Below, piece after piece: positions 47,701 through 59,700 of a DNA stretch of 64,000 bases. The stretch lies in assembly GCF_964213995.1 (NCBI RefSeq), contig NC_135822.1, positions 1,240,001 to 1,304,000 of the forward strand, in the 5' to 3' direction. Source of the stretch: Mustelus asterias. Taxonomy: Eukaryota. The notes under the pieces were generated by a model. That model was not told the origin of the DNA, did not search any database, and worked only from the letters and a program-made list of their open reading frames with translations. Positions within the stretch are counted from its first letter, which is position 1; every line of letters starts with the position of its first letter. The position numbers were made by a program, and so were the translations under genes.

Positions 47701-50700
47701 TCGCCTGCATAAAGGCAATCATTTGATTCTTGACCTTGGGTCAGCTGCTCATGATTTTGGATTGCAGTTGTTTTAAACTAGAAAAGACCTACAAACTTCT
47801 TCAGGGCTAGTGGTTTGTATCACTTTACTTTGGATTAATCTATTAACTCCACAGATTGAAGTTGACTTTTTTGTTTCAACAGGAAGGATGGTGTTCCTAT
47901 AGGTTATAAAGGAAGTACATTCCACAGGTATGCCCTAACATTTTAAGATTCTTTTTGGGTATTGACATGGTTATAGCACTAAACATCAATCAGCACTCCA
48001 TAAGACCTAGGGTTCCTTTTGAACCTGGCTGTGACTTAATTTACCTAAACACAGGGTAAATATAACAAGGCTCAGATTCAACAAAGAAACTTTGACACTG
48101 GAATTGGGCTCCTCACTATCTTGTACTGAGCCTTAATTAGATCACATTTGGGTTATAGTGTCCATTTCTGGTTTTATTTTATAGAAAAGATCCAGAGCTA
48201 ATAGGGTGCAACAAAGATCTACAAGGATGATACCAGAACTGTGAACAGAATTGTTACATCAAAGAATTAGGCCTTTAGCGAATGATATCTGTGCTCGTTC
48301 TGTGGAAGCAACTTCCCTGGTTTCCACTTCCCTGGTTTCTCCACGTAACATTCTTCCTTTTCCGTTAACAATCTAATCCCCTCTTGAATGCCTTGATTTA
48401 ACCTTCCTCCGCCACTTTCGAACAGCCTATTCCAGATCCTAACCACTTAATGAAGCTTTTCCTCACGCCATCATTCCTTTTTTGCCAATTACCTTAAATC
48501 TGTGAACCTCTTGCTCTCAATCCTTTCGTTAATGGGGAAGATGAAAGGGTGGATCTGGTTTCTTTCCTCTTAAAAAGAGAAAACTGAGAGATGAGCTGGT
48601 CGCAGTCCTCAAATTATGAAGCATTTGATAGAGAGTGAGAGAGAGAGAGTTCCCCCTTGTGGGGAAGAGCAAACATAGAGGCTATCCAAGAAATAGGGAA
48701 TTAGAGAGCAACTTTATCCAGAGAGTAGTGGGAAGGAACTCTGCACCGCAGGAAGTGATTGAGGTGAATAGTTTGGATGCATTCAAGGGGAAGCTAAATA
48801 TCCCATCCGGACCCAAGTGCAGCTAATTATATTTCGTAATCTGAATCATTATTATGTTTCTGCTTTATAATAATTCAATGCTGTGTTCAACTGGTTTGCC
48901 CCCAGCCATCACTGAGTGATAGACTTTATCTGGCTGGCTCAAATTAATTATTAATTAAAATTCAATAGCTACAATTTAACATTAAGGTAGACGTTGCTCT
49001 AAATGATTGGTTGACATCAGTAAATCTGTACTTTGGTGTAATTTCTGTTTCTTAAAGTTAACATCAAACATGTCAGTGCCCGATGTTTTCTGTTTTATTG
49101 TACTAAAACAAAAGACTATTTATGTACTTTCCTGGAGTTTTTAACTGAAAGTATGTTCTCAATCAGTTTAACAAAGCTTAATTCAGGGGAACTTTGTTGT
49201 AAAATTTAGACCTAAGGAACTGTTTTGTCATGTATCAAAACCAGAAAATTCTGCAGATGGTCACTTGGCATCCATGGGGGCAATATTCAAGTTCATGGCT
49301 CAGATTTTGCAATCAGTAGTGAAGCAAGAGCACTTACTTCTGGCCTTGAAGATAGCTGCCCAGTAAGGATCGAGCGATCTCTGTGCCGTGGTTTCCCCAT
49401 TCTAGCTGTAATCTAAATAGGGGATCTCATGATGTGTAGCAACCATGTGTCAGCAAGCAGGATAAGCAGCCAATCGCAGTGGAACATTCTCACCAAGTGT
49501 AAAACAGGAAATTAAAAACATTGATTGCTTTCACTCTTAATTTAAATTTTCAAATAGTGAAGTAAATGATAAAGATGGGTTTAAGATTGAAGCTAAAATA
49601 AAGGAAACCAAACTTTTAAAAAAATGTGTGATGGTTTTATCATTATGGAGAAATTTGACATTCCACAACATAATATCAGCTTCTCGAGGCTGGTCAGGAT
49701 ATTTAGCAGTAATTATGAATCTGATGTATTGTTAATAAATTCTACATCATTCAACAATGTGTACCTCGTTCAAGGGTTTTTACAATGAGACGAACTGTTA
49801 GGGTGGAAGTTCTGATCAATTCAGTTGATTCCCAATGATGGAAACAACATGAACATTCCAAAGGATATGTTAACAGGACACTTAGAAAATAATGGTAGAA
49901 TTGGCAGAGTCAGTATGGATTTACAATAAGGAAATCATGCGTAAAAACCCATTGGAGTTTTTTGAGGATGTAACTGGCAGAATAGATGAGGGGAAATAGG
50001 AGATAGGGATCTAGATGAGTATACGGCTTGTAGGAAGGGACTAAAGAAGGAAATTAGGAGAGCCAGAAGGGATCACGAGAAGGCCTTGGCAAGTAGAATT
50101 CAGGAAAACCCTAAGGCATTCTATAAATATGTGAAGAGTAAAAGGATGAGACGTGAAGGAATAGGGCCTATAAAAGGTGAAGGCGGGAAAATCAGTACGG
50201 AACCAGTAGAAATGGCAGAGGTGCTTAATGAGTATTTTGCCTCGGTTTTTACAGAGGAGAAGGGCCTGGGTGGATGTACTGCGGGCTTGCGGTGGACTGA
50301 AAAGATTGAGTATGTGGACTTTAAGAAAGAGGTTGTGCTGGAATCTTTGAATGGCATCAAGATAGATAAGTCGCCCGGTCCGGATGGGGTGTACCCCAGG
50401 TTAGTGTGGGAGGCGAGGGAGAGATTGCAGAGCCTCTGGCGATGATCTTTGCATCGTCGATGGAGACGGGAGAGGTGGCGGAGGATTGGAGGATTGCGGA
50501 TGTGGTTCCTATTTTCAAGAAGGGGAATAGGGATAGCCCAGGAAATTACCGACCGGTGAGTCTAACCTCAGTGGTTGGTAAACTGATGGAGAAGATCCTG
50601 AGGGACAAGATTTATGAGCATTTAGAGAGGTTTAGTATGCTCAAGAATACTCAGCATGGCTTTGTCAAAGGCAGATTGTGCCTTACGAGCCTGGTAGAGT

Positions 50701-53700
50701 TCTTCGAAAATGTGACTAAACATATTGACGAAGGGAAAGCGGTAGATGTGGTTTATATGGATTTTAGCAAGGCGTTCGATAAGGTCCCCCGTGCAAGGCT
50801 TCTAGAAAAAGTGAGAGGGCATGGGATCCAAAGGGCTGCTGCCCTGTGGATCCAGAACTGGCTTGGCCAAAGGAGGCAGAGAGTGTGTATAGATGGGTCT
50901 TTCTCTAATTGGAGGTCGGTCACCAGTGGTGTGCCCCAGGGATCTGTTCTGGGACCCTTGCTGTCATTTTCATAAATGACCTGGATGAGGAAGTGGAGGG
51001 ATGGGTTGGTAAGTTTGCCGACGACACGAAGGTTGGTGGGGTTGTGGATAGTCTGGAGGGATGTCAGAAGTTACAGAGGGACATAGATAGGATGCAAGAC
51101 TGGGCGGACAAGTGGCAGATGGACTTCAACCCAGATAAATGCGTAGTGGTCCATTTTGGCAGGTCAAATGGGATGAAGGAGTACAATATAAAGGGAAAGA
51201 CTCTTAGTATTGTGGACGATCAGAAGGACCTTGGGGTCCGGGTCCATAGGACTCTAAAATTGGCCCCGCAGGTGGAGGAGGTGGTCAAGAAGGCGTATGG
51301 TGTGCTGGCCTTAATCAATCGAGGGATTGAGTTTAGGAGTCCGGGGATAATGATGCAGCTATATAAGACCCTCCTAAGACCCCACTTGGAGTACTATGCT
51401 CAGTTCTGGTCGCCTCATTACAGGAAGGATGTGGAAAAGGTTGAAAGGATGCAGAGGCGATTTACAAGGATGTTGCCTGGATTGAGTGGCATGCCTTATG
51501 AGGATAGGCTGAGGGAGCTCGGTCTTTTCTCCTTGGAGAGACGTAGGATGAGAGGAGACCGAATAGAGGTATATAAGATGTTGAGAGGCATAGATCGGGT
51601 GGACTGTCAGAGGCTTTTTCCCAGGGTGGAAATGGCTGCTACGAGAGGACACAGGTTTAAGGTGCTGGGGGGTAGGTACAGGGGAAATGTTAGGGGGAAG
51701 TTTCTCACACAGAGGGTGGTGGGCGAGTGGAATCGGCTGCCGTCAGTGGTGGTGGAGGCAAACTCAATAGGGTCTTTTAAGAGACTCCTGGATGAGTACA
51801 TGGGACTTAATAGGATGGAGGGTTATAGATAGGCCTAAAAGGTAGGGATATGTTCGGCACAACTTGTGGGGCCGGAGGGCCTGTTTTGTGCTGTAGTTTT
51901 CTATGTTTCTGTGAAAGTGGTAGATGTGGTATATTTAGATTTTCAGAAAGCTTTAGAGAAGGTGTCGTGCAAGAGATTAGTAAACATCGGAGCAGGAGTA
52001 GGCCATTCAGCCCTTCGAGCCTGCTTCACCATTCAACATGATCTTGACTGATCCTCTATCTCAATGCCTCACTCCAGCTCTCTTCCCATACCCACTGAAA
52101 CTTTTAGAGTCTGGAAACCTATCTTTTTCCTTCTTGAGTATATTCAGAGCTCCACAGCTTTTAGTGTTAGAGAATTCCACAGCTTCACCACAAAATCAGA
52201 GTACATGGGATTGGGACGAATATTCTAGCATGGATTGAGAACTAGTTAACGAACAGAAAACAGAGACTAGGAATGAATGAATCATTTTCAGATTAGCAAG
52301 CTGTGATTAGCCAGTACTACAAGGATCAGTATTTGGGCCCCAGCTATTCACAATCGATTCACAACCACCACCCACCTGGAAGTTCCCCTCCGGGCTACTC
52401 CTCATCCTGACTGGGAAATATATCGGCCGTTCCTTCATTGCTGTGGGATCAAAATCCTGGAACTCCTTCCCTAACTGCACAGTGGGTGTACCTACACCAC
52501 AGAGACTGCAGCAGTTCAAGAAGGCAACTTACGTTCTCACGGATAATTACAGACGAGCGATAAATGCCGGCGTAGCCAGCTAAACTCAGTCCTGTGAGTG
52601 AATTTTTTAAAAATCAATGATTTGGATGTGGGAATTAAATGTAATATTTCCAAGTTTGCATACTTCGAATACAAAAATGCTTCAAGGAGATTTGGAGAAG
52701 ATAAGCAAGTGGGCAAAAATTTGCCAGATGGAATACAATGTGGAGAAATATGAGGTTATCCACTTTGGTAGGAAAAACAGAATAACAGAATATTTTTAAA
52801 TATCGAGAGGCATGGAAGTATTGAATTTTAAAGGGACCTGGATGTCCTTGTTCATGAGTCACTGAAAGCTAACATGCAGGTACAGCAAGCAATTAAAAAG
52901 ATAAAAAGATTTGAGTATAGGAATAAAAATGTCTTCTTGCAATTAAATAGATCCTTAGCAAGATCGCACTTGTGCAGTTTTGATCTCCTTACCTAAGAAA
53001 AGATAAACTTGCCATAGAGGGAGTGCAACAAAGGTTCAAAAGATCGTAGAATCTTTACAATGCAGAAGGAGGGCATTCGGCCCATTGAATCTGCACAGAA
53101 TCCGTGAAAAAGCTATTTTACACTCTCTCTGTCATAAATATATTTTAGTGGCTCCTCATAATATTTTTTTCTAACATCCCATGTTAATATTGCAATAGTG
53201 ATGTGGAGATGCCGGCGTTGGACTGGGGTAAACACAGTAAGAAGTCCAACAGGTTTATTTGGTAGCAAAAGCCACGTAGCTTTTGAAAGCTCGTGGCTTT
53301 TGCTACCAAATAAACCTGTTGGACTTTAACCCGGTGTTGTTAGACTTCTTACAATATTGCAATAGCCATGCGACTGCCTCCACGTTTAAGCTGGCCATTC
53401 TTCTGTTACAACAGCTTGGGTTTCTATAGCTCCTAGTAATGTTGAAAAGAACAGCCCAAGGCTCTTAGTCATTGTCATACAGCACAGGAAAGGCCCTTCG
53501 GCCCATCTTCATAGAAATCATAGAAACCCTACAGTGCAGAAAGAGGCCACTCGGCCCATTGAGTCTGCACCGACCATGATCCCACCCAGGCCCTATGCCC
53601 ATATCCCTGCATATTTACCAACTAGCCCCTCTAACCTACGCATCCCAGGACACTAAGGGGAATTTAGCATGGCCAATTAACCTAATCCGCACATCTTTGG

Positions 53701-56700
53701 ACTGTGGGAGGAAACCGGAGCACCCGGCGGAAACCCACGCAGACACAAGGAGAATGTGCAAACTCCACACAGACAGTGACCCAAGCCGGGAATCGAACCC
53801 AGGGCCCTGGAGCTGTGAAGCAGCAGTGCTAACCACTGTGCTACCGTGCCGCCGTCAGACACATAATCCAAAATTAAAACGATCCCAATCCAAAGAACTG
53901 GATTTTAAGGAAGGTCTCAAAAGAGATAAGGAGGGTGAAGAGGCAGAGGAATTTCAGGAAGACATCCACGTCCTTTCTTGTATTTATGTTTTATTTCCTG
54001 TATTTTCCTCTTTTTGTTCTGTTAAGTTTTAAATGCTGTTCATCTGTAAGTTTTTCCAGTTCTGATAAAGCTTTGTAAACAAATTGCTAACTCTGCTTTC
54101 TGTACAGTTTTTTTTTTGTTTTAATATTATTGTGTTTGATGTATATTCAAATACATTATAGCAATAGTTAAAGTTAATTACAGGAGTGTCTATTTCTGTG
54201 ACTGTAGTGCCTTGGTTCCATTGGTTTACTGCAACAGAGCTTTCTATTTTTCAGGGTAATCAAGGACTTTATGATACAAGGGGGAGACTTTGTGAATGTA
54301 AGTAAAGTAATGTCAGTGTCAGTCAGCTTGTAACACTGACAATTCAGGAGATAGGGGGAAAGCTGTTTGGCTAGGTGGGGGTGGCAGAGATGGGAAGACA
54401 TGTGATGAAACCCCCAAGCATAAGTTGAATAACAGTTGGAAATCCTCTGCATTGAGCTGTCACCCAAAGCTGCATCCAACCTTTGTGCCCCACAGGAATC
54501 ACTGCCCTCACATGGCAGTGTGTGACGTGGATTCAGATCCTCCTTAATCGGGTAATGGGTGGAATGTGCAGGGTGAAAAGTGCAATTCAAATGCAGGCTA
54601 TGTTCTGTGGCAGTTGGAGCTGAGTTGAGCGTTGTTGTGGGTGGGTGATGGGATAGAACTCTCGCCCTCCATCAGAGTTCTAGAATTTAGCTGCGGGGAC
54701 TGAAATACACATTGCAGCAAAGCAGCAAGATTTCAAAACTCCCAGTGATGTGGAGAGCTGGGCAGACATAATTGGACCCCCACTCCCCATCCCCCATCCC
54801 AAGAAGTACAGAAGGAGCTTGGTCTATTTTGAGGACTGGGCCTCCTTCTCCTCCACTGCTAGGTTTTACTTTGTCCACGACAGATCCTCCAGCCAGTACG
54901 CTGTCAAAATTGTATTCGATCCCAACTCCCATTTAGAGTCATAGAGGTTTACAGCATGGAAACAGGCCCTTCGGCCCAATTTGTCCATGCCGCCCTTTTT
55001 TTTAAACCTCCAAGCTAATCCCAATTGCCCACATTTGGCCCATATCCGTCTATACCCATCGCACCCATGTAACTATCTAAATGTTTTTTAAAAGACAAAA
55101 TTGTACCTGCCTCTACTACTACCTCTGGCAGCTTGTTTCAGACACTCACCACCCTCTGTGTGAAAAAATTGCCCCTCTGGACATTTTTGTATCTCTCCCC
55201 TCTCACCTTAAACCTATGCCCTCTAGTTTTGGACTCCCCAACCCTTGGGAAAAGATATTGACTATCTAGCTGATCTGTGCCTCTCATTATTTTATAGACC
55301 TCTATAAGATCACCCCTCAGCTTCCTACGCTCCAGAGAAAAAAGTCCGAGTCTATTCAGCCTCTCCTTATAACTCAAACCACCAAATCCCGGTAGCGCCC
55401 TAGTAAATCTTTTCTGCACTCTTTCTAGTTTAATAATATCCTTTCTATAATAGGGTGACCAGAACTGCACACAGTATTCCAAGTGTGGCCTTACCAATGT
55501 CTTGTACAACTTCAACAAGATGTCCCAACTCCCGTATTTAATGTTCTGACCGATGAAACCAAGTATGCCGAATGCCTTCTTCACCACTCTGTCCACATGT
55601 GACTCCACTTTCAAGGAGCTATGAACATGTACCCCTAGATCTCTTTGTTCTGTAACTCTCCCCAATGCTCTACCATTAACTGAGTAAGTCCTGCCCTGGT
55701 TTAATCTACCAAAATGCATCACCTCTCATTTGTCTTAATTAAACTCCATCTGCCATTCGTCAGCCCACTGGCCCAATTGATCAAGATTCCATTGCAATTG
55801 GAGATAACTTTCTTCACTGTCCACAATGTTACCAATCTTGGTGTCATCTGCAAACTCACTAACCATGCCCCCTATATTCTCATCCAAATCATTAATATGC
55901 CTGAATTTAAGATATTCCTGCCTGATTCTGGTGGATGCATGGTTCCCGACAATAACACTGGAGAGGATTTGGTGCAAAACAATATCGGAAGCCTGTTACT
56001 ATAATTCCTAGCTATGTCATTGCTTGGTTTCTTTTGATGAAGAGCGTTTCCTCCTCCCACCCCACCCCCACAAAATTCAAATAAGAATGTGTTCCCACAT
56101 TATTGTATAAATCACCAAGTGAGCAGGCTGGAAATGTTAAGACCTCAGGCTGATGGTAGTGGAATGGGAGGAGAAAGCCAGTAAGGCACAGTCTCCTACC
56201 AGCACCACATGGAAATCATAGGGGTGAGCATTATATCATAGAATCCCTACAGTGCAGAGGAAGGCTATTCGGCCAATCGAGTCTGCACCAACCACAATCC
56301 CACCCAGGCCCTATTCCCATAACCCCACATATTTACCCTGCTAATCCCCCTGACGCTAAGGTCAATTTAGCATGGTCAATCGACCTAACCTGCACATCTT
56401 TGGACACCACAGATTGAATTGCCTTTGTTTCAAAAATGCTACAGCGTAATTACAAGGTTAGTAATAGTTTACACACCTTTAAATGCGTCAGCATGAAACT
56501 TGTTGCCCAGTTTGAGTGAACCTTTGAGTTTTGGGTATTCGTAACCATTATGAGGGAGCAGCTGTTCTTCAATTTGAACAAACCAGAAGAAACGGGATTT
56601 AATATCGGTCATAGATGCACCCAATCCCTTACCTCTTTTATTGTTAAGTATTCTTCAAATATCTTATGGAAGTGAGCATTATATAGGTATATGACAGTTC

Positions 56701-59700
56701 ACTGTGTTTTGTGTGAATGCAAATCTGAAGCATTTCAAGTGTAATCTTCTAAATCCTCGAGTTTTCTTTGTATTACCCACATGCTTAAATTTATACGCTA
56801 GTAGAAACTGTACCATGTGATTATTTTTTTTAACAAAAATACATGTTCCCTTTTTTTGTGTTTGCTGGTATTTTCCTTTCTATAATAATGCAACTAACAT
56901 CTTGTTCACAGGGAGATGGAACTGGTGTTTGTAGCATTTATAGAGGACCATTTGCAGATGAAAACTTCAAATTGAGACACAATGCCCCAGGTCTTTTATC
57001 CATGGTAAGGGAATCCAAAGCTATTTATGTAGCATTTCTATGACATTCAGTTCAGTGAAAAATTAGTATTTGTTAAGGGAAGAAAGACATATTTGCAATT
57101 ATATAGCACTCTTCACAACCACCAGACATCTCAAAGTGTTTACTGTTCATGAAATGTTTTTGAAGAGTAGTCAGTGTTATACTGTAGGCACCACAACTGC
57201 TAGTTTGCACTCAGCAAGCTTCCACTAACAGCAATGTGATAATAGCCAGATAATCTGTTAATTCAGATATAAATATGGGTAACCCCATGTTCTTCTGCAA
57301 AATGGTGCCATGGGATCTTTACATCCACCCAAGCAGGGTGATGGGGGGTGGTATTTAGATTAATGCTTAAAGACTGTACCTCCAGCAGTGCAGAGCTCCT
57401 TCAGTACTGCACTGAAGCGTTTGTGTTCACACCCTGGAGTGGAACTTGAACCTGGTGGATGGAAACTCCAAATCTGTATTGAAACTTTTCTTTTAAGCAC
57501 TGTGCTAACCAATTTATTTTCTGAACTTCCAACAGGCAAACAGTGGCCCAAATACAAATGGTTGCCAGTTCTTTATTACATGCTCTAAATGTGATTGGCT
57601 CGATGGGAAACATGTTGTTTTTGGTAAGGAAACAGAAGTATATCCAAAAGACTTCGGTAGATGCGGTTGTTGTTCATTGGATTTGTGTCTATAGTTTAGA
57701 GTCAATAGAAAAGTAAACCTTTCATAAAGGCAGCACAGTGATTAGCACTGCTGCCTCACAGCGCCAGGGATCCGGGTCCGATTCCTGGCTTGGGTCACTG
57801 TCTGTGTGGAGTTTGCCTGTTCTCCTCATGTCTGCATGGGTTTCAGGGAGATTAGCAGGGTAAATATGTGGCATTGCGGGGATGGGGCCTGGATGGGACT
57901 GTGGTCAGTGCAGACTCTATGGGCCAAATGGCCTCCTGCACTGTAGGATTCTTTGAAAATATAGAAAAGACAAATTTTCAGGTTTCTCATCCAAATTTTA
58001 CAAATAAAAACTCCATCTCTGTCTGCTCCTTGGTCGTTAAAGTTAATAAATCTGTGGTAATTATGGGAGTACTAGATAGTCACAGTGTAACTGATAGGTG
58101 ACAGACCTGTTTCAATAATGCCAATTTCCTCACCAAAGTGGCTCTTTGCTTCCTTGCAAGTGAGTGTTAGAAGATGAAATGTAGCATCCTCGCAATCCTG
58201 ATTCTGTCATCAGCCAAACTCAGATAGTTATGCTAGGGTTCAGAATGAGAAATCCTGACCAATTTCCTCCTCCCTTAACTGGGGAAGTTAAGATCAAAGG
58301 TAACAGTCCTAATGCCACCAGAATTTATTTTTCAAGAGCTTTATTTTTAAGAGTATAGGTGACTGTAGCTTCTGACAGATTGCATGCAAATAATTTTGGA
58401 ATTCCTTAGATACTGAAACAGTCTGTGCCCAAATGGAGCAAGACCTGGGCTTGTGCTTACAAATGGCATTCATGCCACACAGGTGCCAGGCAACGACCAT
58501 CTGCAACAAGAGAAAATTAAACATCGCCCCTTGAGATTCAATGACATTAACATTGCTGAATCCCCCGACGTGAAACTGAACTGGACGAGCCATGTAAATA
58601 CTGTGGCTACAAAAACAGGTCAGAGGCTGTGAATTCTGTGGTGATTAACTCACAATCTGACTCTCCAAAGTCTGTTCACCATCTACAAGGTACACGTCAG
58701 GAGTGTGATAGAATACTCTCCACTTACATGAATGAGTGCAACTCCAACAACACTTAGAACAAAGCATCCCACTTGATTAGCTTCCCATCCACAAACATTT
58801 ACTCACTCCACCACTGACACACAGTGGCAGCAGTGTGTACCATCTACAAGATGCACTGCAGGAACTCACCAAGGCTCCTTTGTCAGCACCTTCCAAACCC
58901 ATGACCACTACCATCTAGAAGGACGAGGGCAGCAGATACATGGGAATACTGCCTGGAAGTTCCCCTCCAGTCACTTACCATCCTGACTTGGAAATATATC
59001 ACTGTTCCTTCACTGTCACTGAGTCCAAATCCTGGAATTCCCTCCCTAACAGCACTGTGTGTGTACCTACACCTCAGGGACTGCAGTGGTTCAAGAAGGC
59101 AGCTCACCACCACCTTCTGAAGGCAGATAGGGTTGGGCAACAAATGCTGGCCAAGCTCATGAGTTAATATAAAAAGCTTTTCAAAACTGCAGACTTAATA
59201 ATGTTGAGAGGGCAGATGGCTGTTTTTGTTCTTTTTTGGATTTGATATTTCTCATTTGAGGAAATGAGAATATTTCTAGAATTATTTTCCACAGAAGAGT
59301 GTTAGGGTATCAGTGTGAAAGAAGAAAATCTTTAGCATTTCTCCTTTTGTGCACAGGGGCAATACTGTGGCGCAGTGGCTAGTGCTGCTGCCTCACAGCG
59401 CCAGGGTCCCAGGTTCAATTCCAGCCTTGGGTCACTGTCTGTGCGGAGTTTGCACATTCTCCCCGTGTCAGCGTAGGCTTCCTCCGATTTCCTCCCACAG
59501 TCCAAAAATATGCAGGTTAGGTTGATTGGCCATGGTAAATTGCCTCAGTTTCAGAGGGACTAGCAGGGTAAATACGTGGGGTTACAGAGATAGGGCCTGA
59601 GTGGGATTGTTGTTGGTGTAGTCTCGATGGGCCAAATGGCCTCCTTTCGCACTGTAAGGATTCTATGATTTTAACATTCGATATGATTGTTCCCAGGCCG

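Noticed and set aside
53770-53854. tRNA genes at SINE heads
   Set aside because: A/B boxes run into the V-SINE core and tail, and no complete cloverleaf is evident.
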